From a virus: DNA of 41,825 nucleotides. Numbering within the stretch: position 1 is the stretch's first letter; the number at the start of each line of letters is the position of its first letter. The translations under genes and the position numbers were made by a program. The DNA lies in IMG/VR virus record IMGVR_UViG_3300045974_000095, positions 1 to 41,825 of that record. One strand, written 5' to 3'. Shown in pieces: positions 34,175 through 39,256 of this stretch. Under the pieces are notes generated by a model, which was given only the letters and a program-made list of their open reading frames with translations, did not search any database and was not told the origin of the DNA.

Positions 34175-34427
34175 TGGCCCGAGGCTTGCAGGCCTCAGCA
34201 CTCGGCACGATGTTTGCATGGCTCTGCACTCTGGCTCGCTCCTTGCATGTCCGTACTCTGGCTTGGGTCTTGCAGGGGATGCAAGGACCGGACCGACGCA
34301 CCCGGCCCCAAACTCGGCACGGACCTTGCACCCGGATCCGCGGGCTGGGAGCTTGGCACGGACCTTGCTAGCGCTCCCAGTCTGGCCTAACCCTTGCATC
34401 CCTCTGGGGTCGGCTTGATACTTGCAT
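34175..34427 (+). repeat. Tandem array (~28-bp period, 8 good units plus 1 degenerate) of sigma54-promoter-like units YGGCNN-N5-TTGCW.
   Basis: GG dinucleotides occur at 34176, 34204, 34233, 34260, 34316, 34355, 34384 and 34412. Each has a GC exactly 12 nt downstream, within TTGC(A/T). Units usually end in (A/G)CTC or AGTC before the next TGGC/CGGC. Confidence 0.75.
34354..34369 (+). promoter_or_regulatory. Best sigma54 (-24/-12) consensus match within the array: TGGCACG-gacc-TTGCT.
   Basis: It is an exact match to TGGCACG-N4-TTGCW. Near-identical copies are at 34315..34330 (CGGCACGGACCTTGCA) and 34203..34219 (CGGCACGATGTTTGCAT). Confidence 0.4.
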
Positions 34428-34440
34428 GGTACAACGGTCA

Positions 34441-34460
34441 GTGCGTAGAGCGCTACGCAC
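34441..34460. promoter_or_regulatory. Inverted repeat GTGCGTAG-agcg-CTACGCAC (candidate operator or activator site).
   Basis: It has 8-bp perfect arms. The half-site TACGCAC recurs in TTACGCACGG at 34595..34604 and 34684..34693. Confidence 0.5.
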
Positions 34461-34594
34461 TTTTCAAGTGTTACAAGTTACAGAGTTACATAGGGTAGAG
34501 CGGCTATAAGGCATTAATAAGATTAGACTATTTGTTACCATATACTAAGCGCTCTAGGCTGCCTAACTGTGCAACTGAGTAACTGCGCAGGGAT

Positions 34595-34693
34595 TTACGC
34601 ACGGCTAACCTACCGGAAAGACTAGCAAATACCCGAGAAGGGCGTATAGATCGCTACACGCCCCATCCGGGCAAACCTAGTGATTACGCACGG
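34595..34693. promoter_or_regulatory. Two direct copies of GAT(T)TACGCACGG, 89 bp apart, in the low-GC control region.
   Basis: TTACGCACGG occurs at 34595-34604 and 34684-34693. Nearby repeats are three GTTACA copies at 34470, 34477 and 34485, and TAACTG(T/C)GCA at 34564 and 34580. Confidence 0.45.
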
Positions 34694-34701
34694 ATAGAGT
34701 T

Positions 34702-34717
34702 TGGCATGGCCGCTGCA
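34702..34717 (+). promoter_or_regulatory. Sigma54-like promoter candidate for the early operon: TGGCATG-gccg-CTGCA.
   Basis: GG is at 34703-4 and GC at 34715-6 (12-nt spacing). The predicted start is about 34728, 57 nt upstream of ATG 34785. There are two mismatches to the consensus. Confidence 0.35.
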
Positions 34718-34784
34718 CTAGTCCCATCACACGCTGCCTGGCAGCAAGGGTCGCCCTGAGGCACCCTACCCAAAGGAGTCACAC

Positions 34785-35087
34785 ATGGCCACGAAGCCCG
34801 TTGTCCCCGCCACGACCGCCACCCCCGCCGTTGCCGCGAAGCCCGCCCGCAAGGGTATGACCAAGGAGCAGAGGGCCGCCTACGTCGCCAAGTCCTACGT
34901 CAACTTCTCGCCCACCACCCAGGCCACCATCAAGGTCCTGTCGGCCACCAACCCCAAGCGGGGCGACAGCGCCGCCCGGTTCGCGCTCTACACCAACGGC
35001 ATGACGGTGGCCCAGGCCATCGCGGCGGGCGTGTGGATGGCCGATATCCGGTGGGACGTGGCCCACAAGTTCATCGAGGTCGCGTAG
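34785..35087 (+). CDS. Early protein, paralog A, with the conserved C-terminal NPKR...RWDV domain.
   Basis: The RBS is AAAGGAG. The C-terminal TNPKRGDSAARFALYTNGMTVAQAIAAGVWMADIRWDVAHKFIEV is paralogous to the C-terminus of 35914..36435. Confidence 0.6.
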   Translation: MATKPVVPATTATPAVAAKPARKGMTKEQRAAYVAKSYVNFSPTTQATIKVLSATNPKRGDSAARFALYTNGMTVAQAIAAGVWMADIRWDVAHKFIEVA

Positions 35088-35093
35088 CACCCA

Positions 35094-35156
35094 GGCCGAA
35101 ACCCTAGCCCCCTCACGGGGGCGGGGTCGGTGGGTTCCGCCCACCCTGACGAGGCC
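35094..35156 (+). ncRNA. Type II hammerhead ribozyme, copy 1 (predicted cleavage after C35128).
   Basis: The elements, in order, are:
- GGCC-GAAA (35094-35101).
- Stem III, ACCC...GGGU, with inner CCCCC/GGGGG.
- GUC cleavage site.
- Stem I, GGUGGG-uuccg-CCCACC.
- CUGACGA (35146-52).
- GGCC pairing back to 35094-97. Confidence 0.8.
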
Positions 35157-35173
35157 AGACCGCCCCCAAGGAG

Positions 35174-35401
35174 ATGGTGATGGTATACGCGAAGCTGGTT
35201 GACGGCATTACGGCCCGGAGCGCGAACAGCGTGAAGCCCGGGATGCAGCTGAAAATCGGCAGCGACTGGTTCAAGGTGACCCGGGTATGGAGCGGCGTGG
35301 CCTCCCAGCGAAACCTGTTCTGCGTCGAGGTGGCCCTGCCCTCGGGCGACCACTACACGAACACCTACCCCGACTTCATGAAGGAGGTGTTCACCAAGTA
35401 G
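35174..35401 (+). CDS. Small early protein (hypothetical), flanked by hammerheads 1 and 2.
   Basis: The protein is 75 aa. AAGGAG lies at 35168-73, so ATG 35180 may be the true start. Third-position GC is high. Confidence 0.55.
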   Translation: MVMVYAKLVDGITARSANSVKPGMQLKIGSDWFKVTRVWSGVASQRNLFCVEVALPSGDHYTNTYPDFMKEVFTK

Positions 35402-35407
35402 CACCCA

Positions 35408-35462
35408 GGCCGAAAGGGGGGTCTAGCCCCCCTCCGCCCGTGATGCGGGCGCTGATGAGGCC
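35408..35462 (+). ncRNA. Type II hammerhead ribozyme, copy 2 (predicted cleavage after C35434).
   Basis: The elements, in order, are:
- GGCC-GAAA (35408-15).
- Stem III, AGGGGGG-ucuag-CCCCCCU.
- C17.
- Stem I, CGCCCG-ugaug-CGGGCG.
- CUGAUGA (35452-58).
- GGCC (35459-62). Confidence 0.85.
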
Positions 35463-35486
35463 AGACCGCCTACCGAGGAGATACCG

Positions 35487-35690
35487 ATGGCAGCCCGCCT
35501 GTATTCGCTGTTCGAGCGCCGAGATGGCCGTTGGGTGCGCATCTCGCCCCTGGCCTTTACGAAGGCCAACGCCGTGAGCATCTACCAGAACCTGCTGCTC
35601 GCCTACCCCCTGGGTGCCGCGAAGCACGAGCGAAGCCTGAGGGTGGTGAAGAGCTGCGACGAGCCCCCGGCGCAGCCCCGCATCGACTAG
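35487..35690 (+). CDS. Small early protein (hypothetical), flanked by hammerheads 2 and 3.
   Basis: The protein is 67 aa, with a GAGGAG RBS 7 nt upstream. Confidence 0.55.
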   Translation: MAARLYSLFERRDGRWVRISPLAFTKANAVSIYQNLLLAYPLGAAKHERSLRVVKSCDEPPAQPRID

Positions 35691-35697
35691 AACCGTA

Positions 35698-35796
35698 GGC
35701 CGAAACTCCACCTTACACGCACGGGCGCGCGAGCCCGACGGGGCAGCCCGAACAGGGCGGGTGGAGTCGGGGTGTGAGGCACCCCCTGATGAGGCC
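35698..35796 (+). ncRNA. Type II hammerhead ribozyme, copy 3, with a ~47-nt insertion in stem III (predicted cleavage after C35768).
   Basis: The elements, in order, are:
- GGCC-GAAA (35698-705).
- Stem III, ACUCCACC...GGUGGAGU.
- GUC cleavage site.
- Stem I, GGGGUG-ugagg-CACCCC.
- CUGAUGA (35786-92).
- GGCC (35793-96). Confidence 0.75.
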
Positions 35797-35840
35797 AATG
35801 ATAGCCGAACTCACGCCCCAAAAGGTACGCCTGACATCGC

Positions 35841-35868
35841 TTGCGTATGCTGTAGATCCGTGTATAAT
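35841..35868 (+). promoter_or_regulatory. Sigma70-type promoter with extended -10 (TTGCGT-N16-gTGtATAAT).
   Basis: It shares the upstream CATCGCTTGCG and the GTGTATAAT with the promoter at 37053. It lies inside the listed ORF 35761..36435, which argues for the downstream start at 35914. Confidence 0.5.
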
Positions 35869-35913
35869 GAGGTCATACTGGCAGGGTTGTTGTCCTGTCA
35901 AGGGAGCCGAAAG

Positions 35914-36435
35914 ATGGCCGAGTTGTGTCTGCTCTGTAACAAAGCGTTCCGAGATGGTCAGGCCATCGTGGCCCTTCCGACCGGACATGCTGCTCACCAA
36001 ACCTGCATCCAGGAGAGAAAAGCCATGGCATCTGCCAAGCCCGTCGTCGCCAAGCCCGTCGTCGCCAAGCCCGTCGCCCCCGCCGCCAAGCCGGTCGCCC
36101 CGGTGAAGCCGGTGGCCCCCGTGAAGCCCGCCGCCCCGGTCGCCACCGAGGCCACCCCCGTGGAGCCGAAGGAGAAGAAGGAGCGCGTCAAGCTGAGCGA
36201 CGAGGAGAAGGCCGCCCGCAAGGCGAGCCGGTTCGCCGCCATCAACGTCGAGGAGTTCCTCGGCAACACCATCACCCTCGCGGTCAGCGAGAACCCCAAG
36301 CGGGCCGGGTCCACCTCCGCCGCCCGCTTCGACCTCTACGTGAACGGCATGACGGTCGCCGCCGCGCTCGAGGCCGGCGTCACCGCCGCCGACGTCCGCT
36401 GGGACGTGGGGCACGGCTTCATCACCCTGGGCTAG
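35914..36435 (+). CDS. Early protein, paralog B: N-terminal Cys/His zinc-finger-like segment, Pro-rich AKPV repeat linker and C-terminal NPKR...RWDV domain.
   Basis: The RBS is AGGGAG. The N-terminus is CLLCNKAFRDGQAIVALPTGHAAHQTC. The linker is AKPVVAKPVVAKPVAPAAKPVAPVKPVAPVKP. The C-terminal ENPKRAGSTSAARFDLYVNGMTVAAALEAGVTAADVRWDVGHGFITL is paralogous to 34785..35087. Confidence 0.6.
   Translation: MAELCLLCNKAFRDGQAIVALPTGHAAHQTCIQERKAMASAKPVVAKPVVAKPVAPAAKPVAPVKPVAPVKPAAPVATEATPVEPKEKKERVKLSDEEKAARKASRFAAINVEEFLGNTITLAVSENPKRAGSTSAARFDLYVNGMTVAAALEAGVTAADVRWDVGHGFITLG
36034..36141 (+). repeat. Imperfect 15-bp / 12-bp tandem coding repeats (GCCAAGCCCGTCGTC and variants).
   Basis: GCCAAGCCCGTCGTC occurs at 36034 and 36049, followed by degenerate copies encoding AKPV/APVKPV. 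Confidence 0.7.
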
Positions 36436-36443
36436 TCCCACTC

Positions 36444-36477
36444 GCCCGAGCCTCGCAAGGGGTTCGGGCTTTCTTTT
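36444..36477 (+). terminator. Intrinsic terminator ending the hammerhead-containing early operon.
   Basis: The stem GCCCGAGCC / GGGUUCGGGC is followed by TTTCTTTT. Confidence 0.7.
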
Positions 36478-36540
36478 CAGCTAGCTCACCCCCAGAAGGG
36501 TGGTTGGCTGAAAAGGAAGCGTGGGGCTTCCTACAAGGAG

Positions 36541-36816
36541 ATGGCCATGGGAAAGATCTTCAGCAAGAATTGGGCTGGCAAGGAGTGCGCTCTGGTCGAC
36601 ACGAAGACCGGGGTGGCCGTGGACGTCGGTGAGAAGCGGGTCACCAGCCGGAACGAGACGGTCATGGTCACCGGAGGCAAGGCCCCCCACAAGGAGGCGA
36701 GCTCGGGCCGGGTCTGGTGCGACATCATCGTCGACGAGGAAGGTAACGAGCTGATCAAGTTCATCAGCACCGAGTGGTTCCCCAGCGTCATCGGTTGTCA
36801 CTGGGAGGAGCCGTGA
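36541..36816 (+). CDS. Hypothetical early/middle protein (the ATG at 36547 is better spaced from AAGGAG).
   Basis: The protein is 91 aa with high third-position GC. Its stop overlaps the next gene's start. Confidence 0.5.
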   Translation: MAMGKIFSKNWAGKECALVDTKTGVAVDVGEKRVTSRNETVMVTGGKAPHKEASSGRVWCDIIVDEEGNELIKFISTEWFPSVIGCHWEEP

Positions 36817-37046
36817 TCCTCATCGTCAAGGGTAGCAGGGAAGTCGCGCTCGCCGAAGCGGCCAAGCGCGACATCGCAGTCAGCGACAACGTCGAAGAAA
36901 CGTCCATGGGGGACACAATGCTGTTCGCGCTCGACCCCGACATGATGGACATCATGGCGTGGTACAACGAGCCGCCGATGAGCGCCCCCTTCCCCGAGGG
37001 CGCTCTGCTGTTCTACAACGAAGAGCCTCGATTCAAGGGCCGTTAG
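36813..37046 (+). CDS. Hypothetical acidic small protein.
   Basis: The GTG start overlaps the upstream stop (GTGA), with a GGGAGGAG RBS. The protein is 77 aa. Confidence 0.5.
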   Translation: MILIVKGSREVALAEAAKRDIAVSDNVEETSMGDTMLFALDPDMMDIMAWYNEPPMSAPFPEGALLFYNEEPRFKGR

Positions 37047-37052
37047 CATCGC

Positions 37053-37081
37053 TTGCGCTCGCACCCTTCAGGGTGTATAAT
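37053..37081 (+). promoter_or_regulatory. Sigma70-type promoter with extended -10 (TTGCGC-N17-gTGtATAAT).
   Basis: The -35 element is at 37053-58 and the -10 at 37076-81. It shares the upstream CATCGCTTGCG box with the promoter at 35841. Confidence 0.55.
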
Positions 37082-37114
37082 GCAGTATCAAGGTGGGCAC
37101 AGGAGGCCCAGGTC

Positions 37115-37297
37115 ATGAAGCGACTTCTGCTGGCAGTTCTTCTCGTAGCTGGGATGTGCGTGGACCCGTGGCCCGCGGAGGAGCCGTCTGTCGACGAGTG
37201 CGTCGATGGCACCCCGGGGTGTCTGTGTGACGGGGCTCAGGGCGAGTGTCGGGTGGGGCCGTGGACGCAGGAGGAACTGGCGGAGGACACCGAATGA
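37115..37297 (+). CDS. Small exported, Cys-rich protein (signal peptide; lipobox not canonical).
   Basis: The RBS is AGGAGG. The sequence is MKRLLLAVLLVAGMCVDPW..., 60 aa with 5 Cys. Confidence 0.5.
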   Translation: MKRLLLAVLLVAGMCVDPWPAEEPSVDECVDGTPGCLCDGAQGECRVGPWTQEELAEDTE

Positions 37298-37369
37298 TGT
37301 CATGGTTCATGTGGCAACTTCCAATCACATTCATTGGTGGGTGCATCATACTCACCGCGGAGGCATAAC

Positions 37370-37585
37370 GTGGGCAACTGGGAAGACGACAACGGTTACG
37401 AAGACGACGGTCCTGACTTCGCGGACCCAGGTGGCAGGAGCGCCCTTCGCGCCGCCACCAAGACCAACCCCCGAAACCTGTCCTGCCCGAACTGCAAGAG
37501 GCGGAACGTCCTGACCCCGGCCGACCGGGCGCGGGGCTATCAGTGCGACGCCTGCGCCGACGCCCTCGAGAGAGGCGGGCCGTGA
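37370..37585 (+). CDS. Small zinc-ribbon protein.
   Basis: The GTG start follows GGAGG. The motif is CPNC...CDAC, and the N-terminus is acidic. Confidence 0.45.
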   Translation: MGNWEDDNGYEDDGPDFADPGGRSALRAATKTNPRNLSCPNCKRRNVLTPADRARGYQCDACADALERGGP

Positions 37586-37833
37586 GCCGGAAGCCCTATC
37601 AGTACCCCAGTCAAGTCGACGAGCCCCTCGAGGTGGACGACCGACGCAGGGGCCCGGGGTGCCTGATGCTCTACGGGCGCGACCTCCGCTGTTCCATCTG
37701 CGACGCGCCTGCCGCTGACGTGTCGCCCGACTTCTCATTCGACGCCATCAGGGGGGCCATCACGTGGATGTGCATGGACGGACACAGGAACATGACTGGC
37801 CGACGTGGTGGCCTGGACGTTGTGGGCGACTAG
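37582..37833 (+). CDS. Hypothetical small Cys-containing protein.
   Basis: The GTG start overlaps the upstream stop (GTGA). The protein is 83 aa. Confidence 0.4.
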   Translation: MSRKPYQYPSQVDEPLEVDDRRRGPGCLMLYGRDLRCSICDAPAADVSPDFSFDAIRGAITWMCMDGHRNMTGRRGGLDVVGD

Positions 37834-37946
37834 GACTGCGGCCCGGGGACGGGTTCGCCAAGATCAGGGAGGTGCTCTACAACGAGCGCAAGCGCGTTCT
37901 CGATGAGCAGTTCAACGTCGTACATTTCGTAATTCAGGAGAGTTCG

Positions 37947-38351
37947 ATGTCTTACCAGATGCAGGCCGGTGAGGTCTACCGGTTCTACCGCTCACAGCGG
38001 TCCCCCGACATGATCGCCCTGGCCCCCGGTAGCCGCGAGGCCGAGGTCGTGGCTGTCGACGAGGAGACCGCTGGCCAGATGCAGCACAAGGGTCAGCTCG
38101 TCTATGTCGATAGCAACGTGGTGCTCGTGTTCAAGCACCCCGACGACCCCGACTTCATCCTGGGGCAGATCGCCACCGACCCCGATGTCGTACTGAACCC
38201 ACCCCTCACCGCCGTGACCGAAGAGCAGATGGTCGAGTGGGGGTGGGAAGCAGAGGCCATCTGCGAGTGCGGCTACTACATCCGCGATCACCAGGTCAGC
38301 GTTCAAGAGGGCGAAACGGTCCTGGTCTGCCCGGAGGAGGTGCCCTCGTGA
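37947..38351 (+). CDS. Hypothetical protein.
   Basis: ATG lies 6 nt after AGGAG. The protein is 134 aa with very high third-position GC. Confidence 0.55.
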   Translation: MSYQMQAGEVYRFYRSQRSPDMIALAPGSREAEVVAVDEETAGQMQHKGQLVYVDSNVVLVFKHPDDPDFILGQIATDPDVVLNPPLTAVTEEQMVEWGWEAEAICECGYYIRDHQVSVQEGETVLVCPEEVPS

Positions 38352-38491
38352 GCGACCAGGAACTTCGCGCTGAGCTGGGCGTGGTGCATCACGACCCAGC
38401 TTGCGAGTTCCTCGGCGGTGTGCCGATTGTGAGTGTCCACCTTCACCACGATGTTCCGGTCTTTGTGAGAGACAACGATGTGGTATGTCAT
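38303..38491 (-). CDS. Antisense-oriented, probably leaderless 62-aa gene inside the plus-strand arm.
   Basis: By-eye third-position G/C is about four in five codons here, against roughly half for the competing plus ORF 38348..38551. ATG lies 7 nt after a TTGCAT-N17-TACAAT promoter. Its 3' end overlaps 37947..38351 antisense by 49 nt. Confidence 0.4.
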   Translation of the reverse strand: MTYHIVVSHKDRNIVVKVDTHNRHTAEELASWVVMHHAQLSAKFLVAHEGTSSGQTRTVSPS

Positions 38492-38527
38492 GCCTACATT
38501 GTAGGCTCGTGTACGCCCCGATGCAAT
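38492..38527. promoter_or_regulatory. 15-bp palindrome plus two fully overlapping divergent promoters.
   Basis: The palindrome GCCTACA-T-TGTAGGC is at 38492-38506. The minus promoter has -35 TTGCAT (38526-21) and -10 TACAAT (38503-498). The plus promoter has -35 TTGTAG (38499-504) and -10 TGCAAT (38522-27). Each -35 overlies the -10 of the other. Confidence 0.45.
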
Positions 38528-38552
38528 ACAGGTAAACCCCTAGGAGATTAGG

Positions 38553-38768
38553 ATGGAAATCTACGCAGAGGGAATCTGCAGCATGTCGGTCTGCGTGCTG
38601 AAGGGCTGGGACCGAAGCAGAATCGAAGGCGAGGCTAATCGGCGACGCCCCACGGGCATCAAGTCCAGGTGGAAGATCTCTGAGGACCTCATGTTCAGGA
38701 CGGGCCAGCCCAACCCCAATCCGTGCGAGCACGACTGCGCCCGCTTGCACTATCTGCTCGCATGCTGA
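38553..38768 (+). CDS. Hypothetical Cys-rich small protein.
   Basis: A TAGGAG RBS lies at 38541-46. The protein is 71 aa. Confidence 0.5.
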   Translation: MEIYAEGICSMSVCVLKGWDRSRIEGEANRRRPTGIKSRWKISEDLMFRTGQPNPNPCEHDCARLHYLLAC

Positions 38769-39124
38769 TACCTTCGAGTCAGCGAAGTCTGTACCCGGGG
38801 TTCGCCTATCGGCTCCCCAACTACGACGAGGTGGGCGTGGCTCACGTCGTTCGCATCTCACCCGAAGTCGCGGAGCGTGCCGTATGGATGAGGGCTCGGT
38901 ATCACAACAATCGCCCGTGCAACACGTTTCGGGATCCGCTTACGGCGGAGGTCTACGTTCAGGAACCGGACGGCCAATGTCCGCCGACGAAACTGAGGCC
39001 ATGCTGCGTCACTTCCGCAGCACTCGCGATGCAGATACCGCTGGTCGAGCTCACTGCTGGTTCTGCGGTCACCGATACGCAGACCACTCGTGGGCCTACT
39101 GCGTCCGGGAGGGAGCAGGCCTGA
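38762..39124 (+). CDS. Hypothetical protein (3' extent uncertain; competes with 38977..39207).
   Basis: The ATG overlaps the upstream stop. Codon bias is good only in the first ~70 codons. Confidence 0.3.
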   Translation: MLIPSSQRSLYPGFAYRLPNYDEVGVAHVVRISPEVAERAVWMRARYHNNRPCNTFRDPLTAEVYVQEPDGQCPPTKLRPCCVTSAALAMQIPLVELTAGSAVTDTQTTRGPTASGREQA

Positions 39125-39207
39125 AGTTCGATCCCACGAAGCCCCAGGTCATCAGGCGCCTCCCCCCGCCCACCATCCTGGCATTAGAGCTTGTGCCAGC
39201 CCGGTGA
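38977..39207 (+). CDS. Hypothetical small zinc-binding protein (competes with 38762..39124).
   Basis: It contains a CWFCGH...H...C motif. Third-position GC is good but the RBS is weak. Confidence 0.3.
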   Translation: MSADETEAMLRHFRSTRDADTAGRAHCWFCGHRYADHSWAYCVREGAGLKFDPTKPQVIRRLPPPTILALELVPAR

Positions 39208-39219
39208 TTGTGGTAAACT
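39191..39219 (+). promoter_or_regulatory. Sigma70-type promoter (TTGTGC-N17-TGgTAAACT) upstream of the primase-helicase.
   Basis: The -35 element is at 39191-96 and the -10 at 39214-19, with an upstream TG. It is followed by GGAGGG and ATG 39257. Confidence 0.45.
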
Positions 39220-39256
39220 CAGGTTTTTCTGTAACGGGTAACTCTCTGGAGGGTGA

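Noticed and set aside
33982-34418. ORFs of 73-129 aa listed inside the control region (33982..34371, 34047..34418, 34056..34331, 34169..34390, and the 5' extension of 33716..34399).
   Set aside because: They run through the 28-bp tandem array, so their reading frames are a by-product of the repeat. They have no RBS, and their composition is Arg/Pro/Gly/Cys-rich. The terS candidate has a proper start at 34048.
34175-34427. Whether the 28-bp periodic repeats could be a CRISPR array.
   Set aside because: The units are directly adjacent with no unique spacers, the repeats are degenerate rather than identical, and there are no cas genes.
34430-34784. A search for tRNA or other structured RNA genes in the low-GC intergenic region.
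   Set aside because: I could trace no cloverleaf-compatible acceptor/T-arm pairing or conserved GTTC box. The region is better explained by short DNA repeats and promoter elements.
36478-36540. A possible fourth hammerhead or structured leader after the early terminator (hairpins CACCC..GGGTG and GAAGC..GCTTC).
   Set aside because: It lacks both the CUGANGA and the GGCC-GAAA core elements, so these are only generic short hairpins.
38348-38551. A plus-strand 67-aa ORF with a GTGA-coupled start after 37947..38351.
   Set aside because: By eye, its third-position GC is clearly lower than that of the opposite-strand ORF 38303..38491 and of neighbouring genes, and its C-terminal half runs through the promoter/palindrome region. 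It remains a live alternative because the GTGA coupling matches the local gene style.
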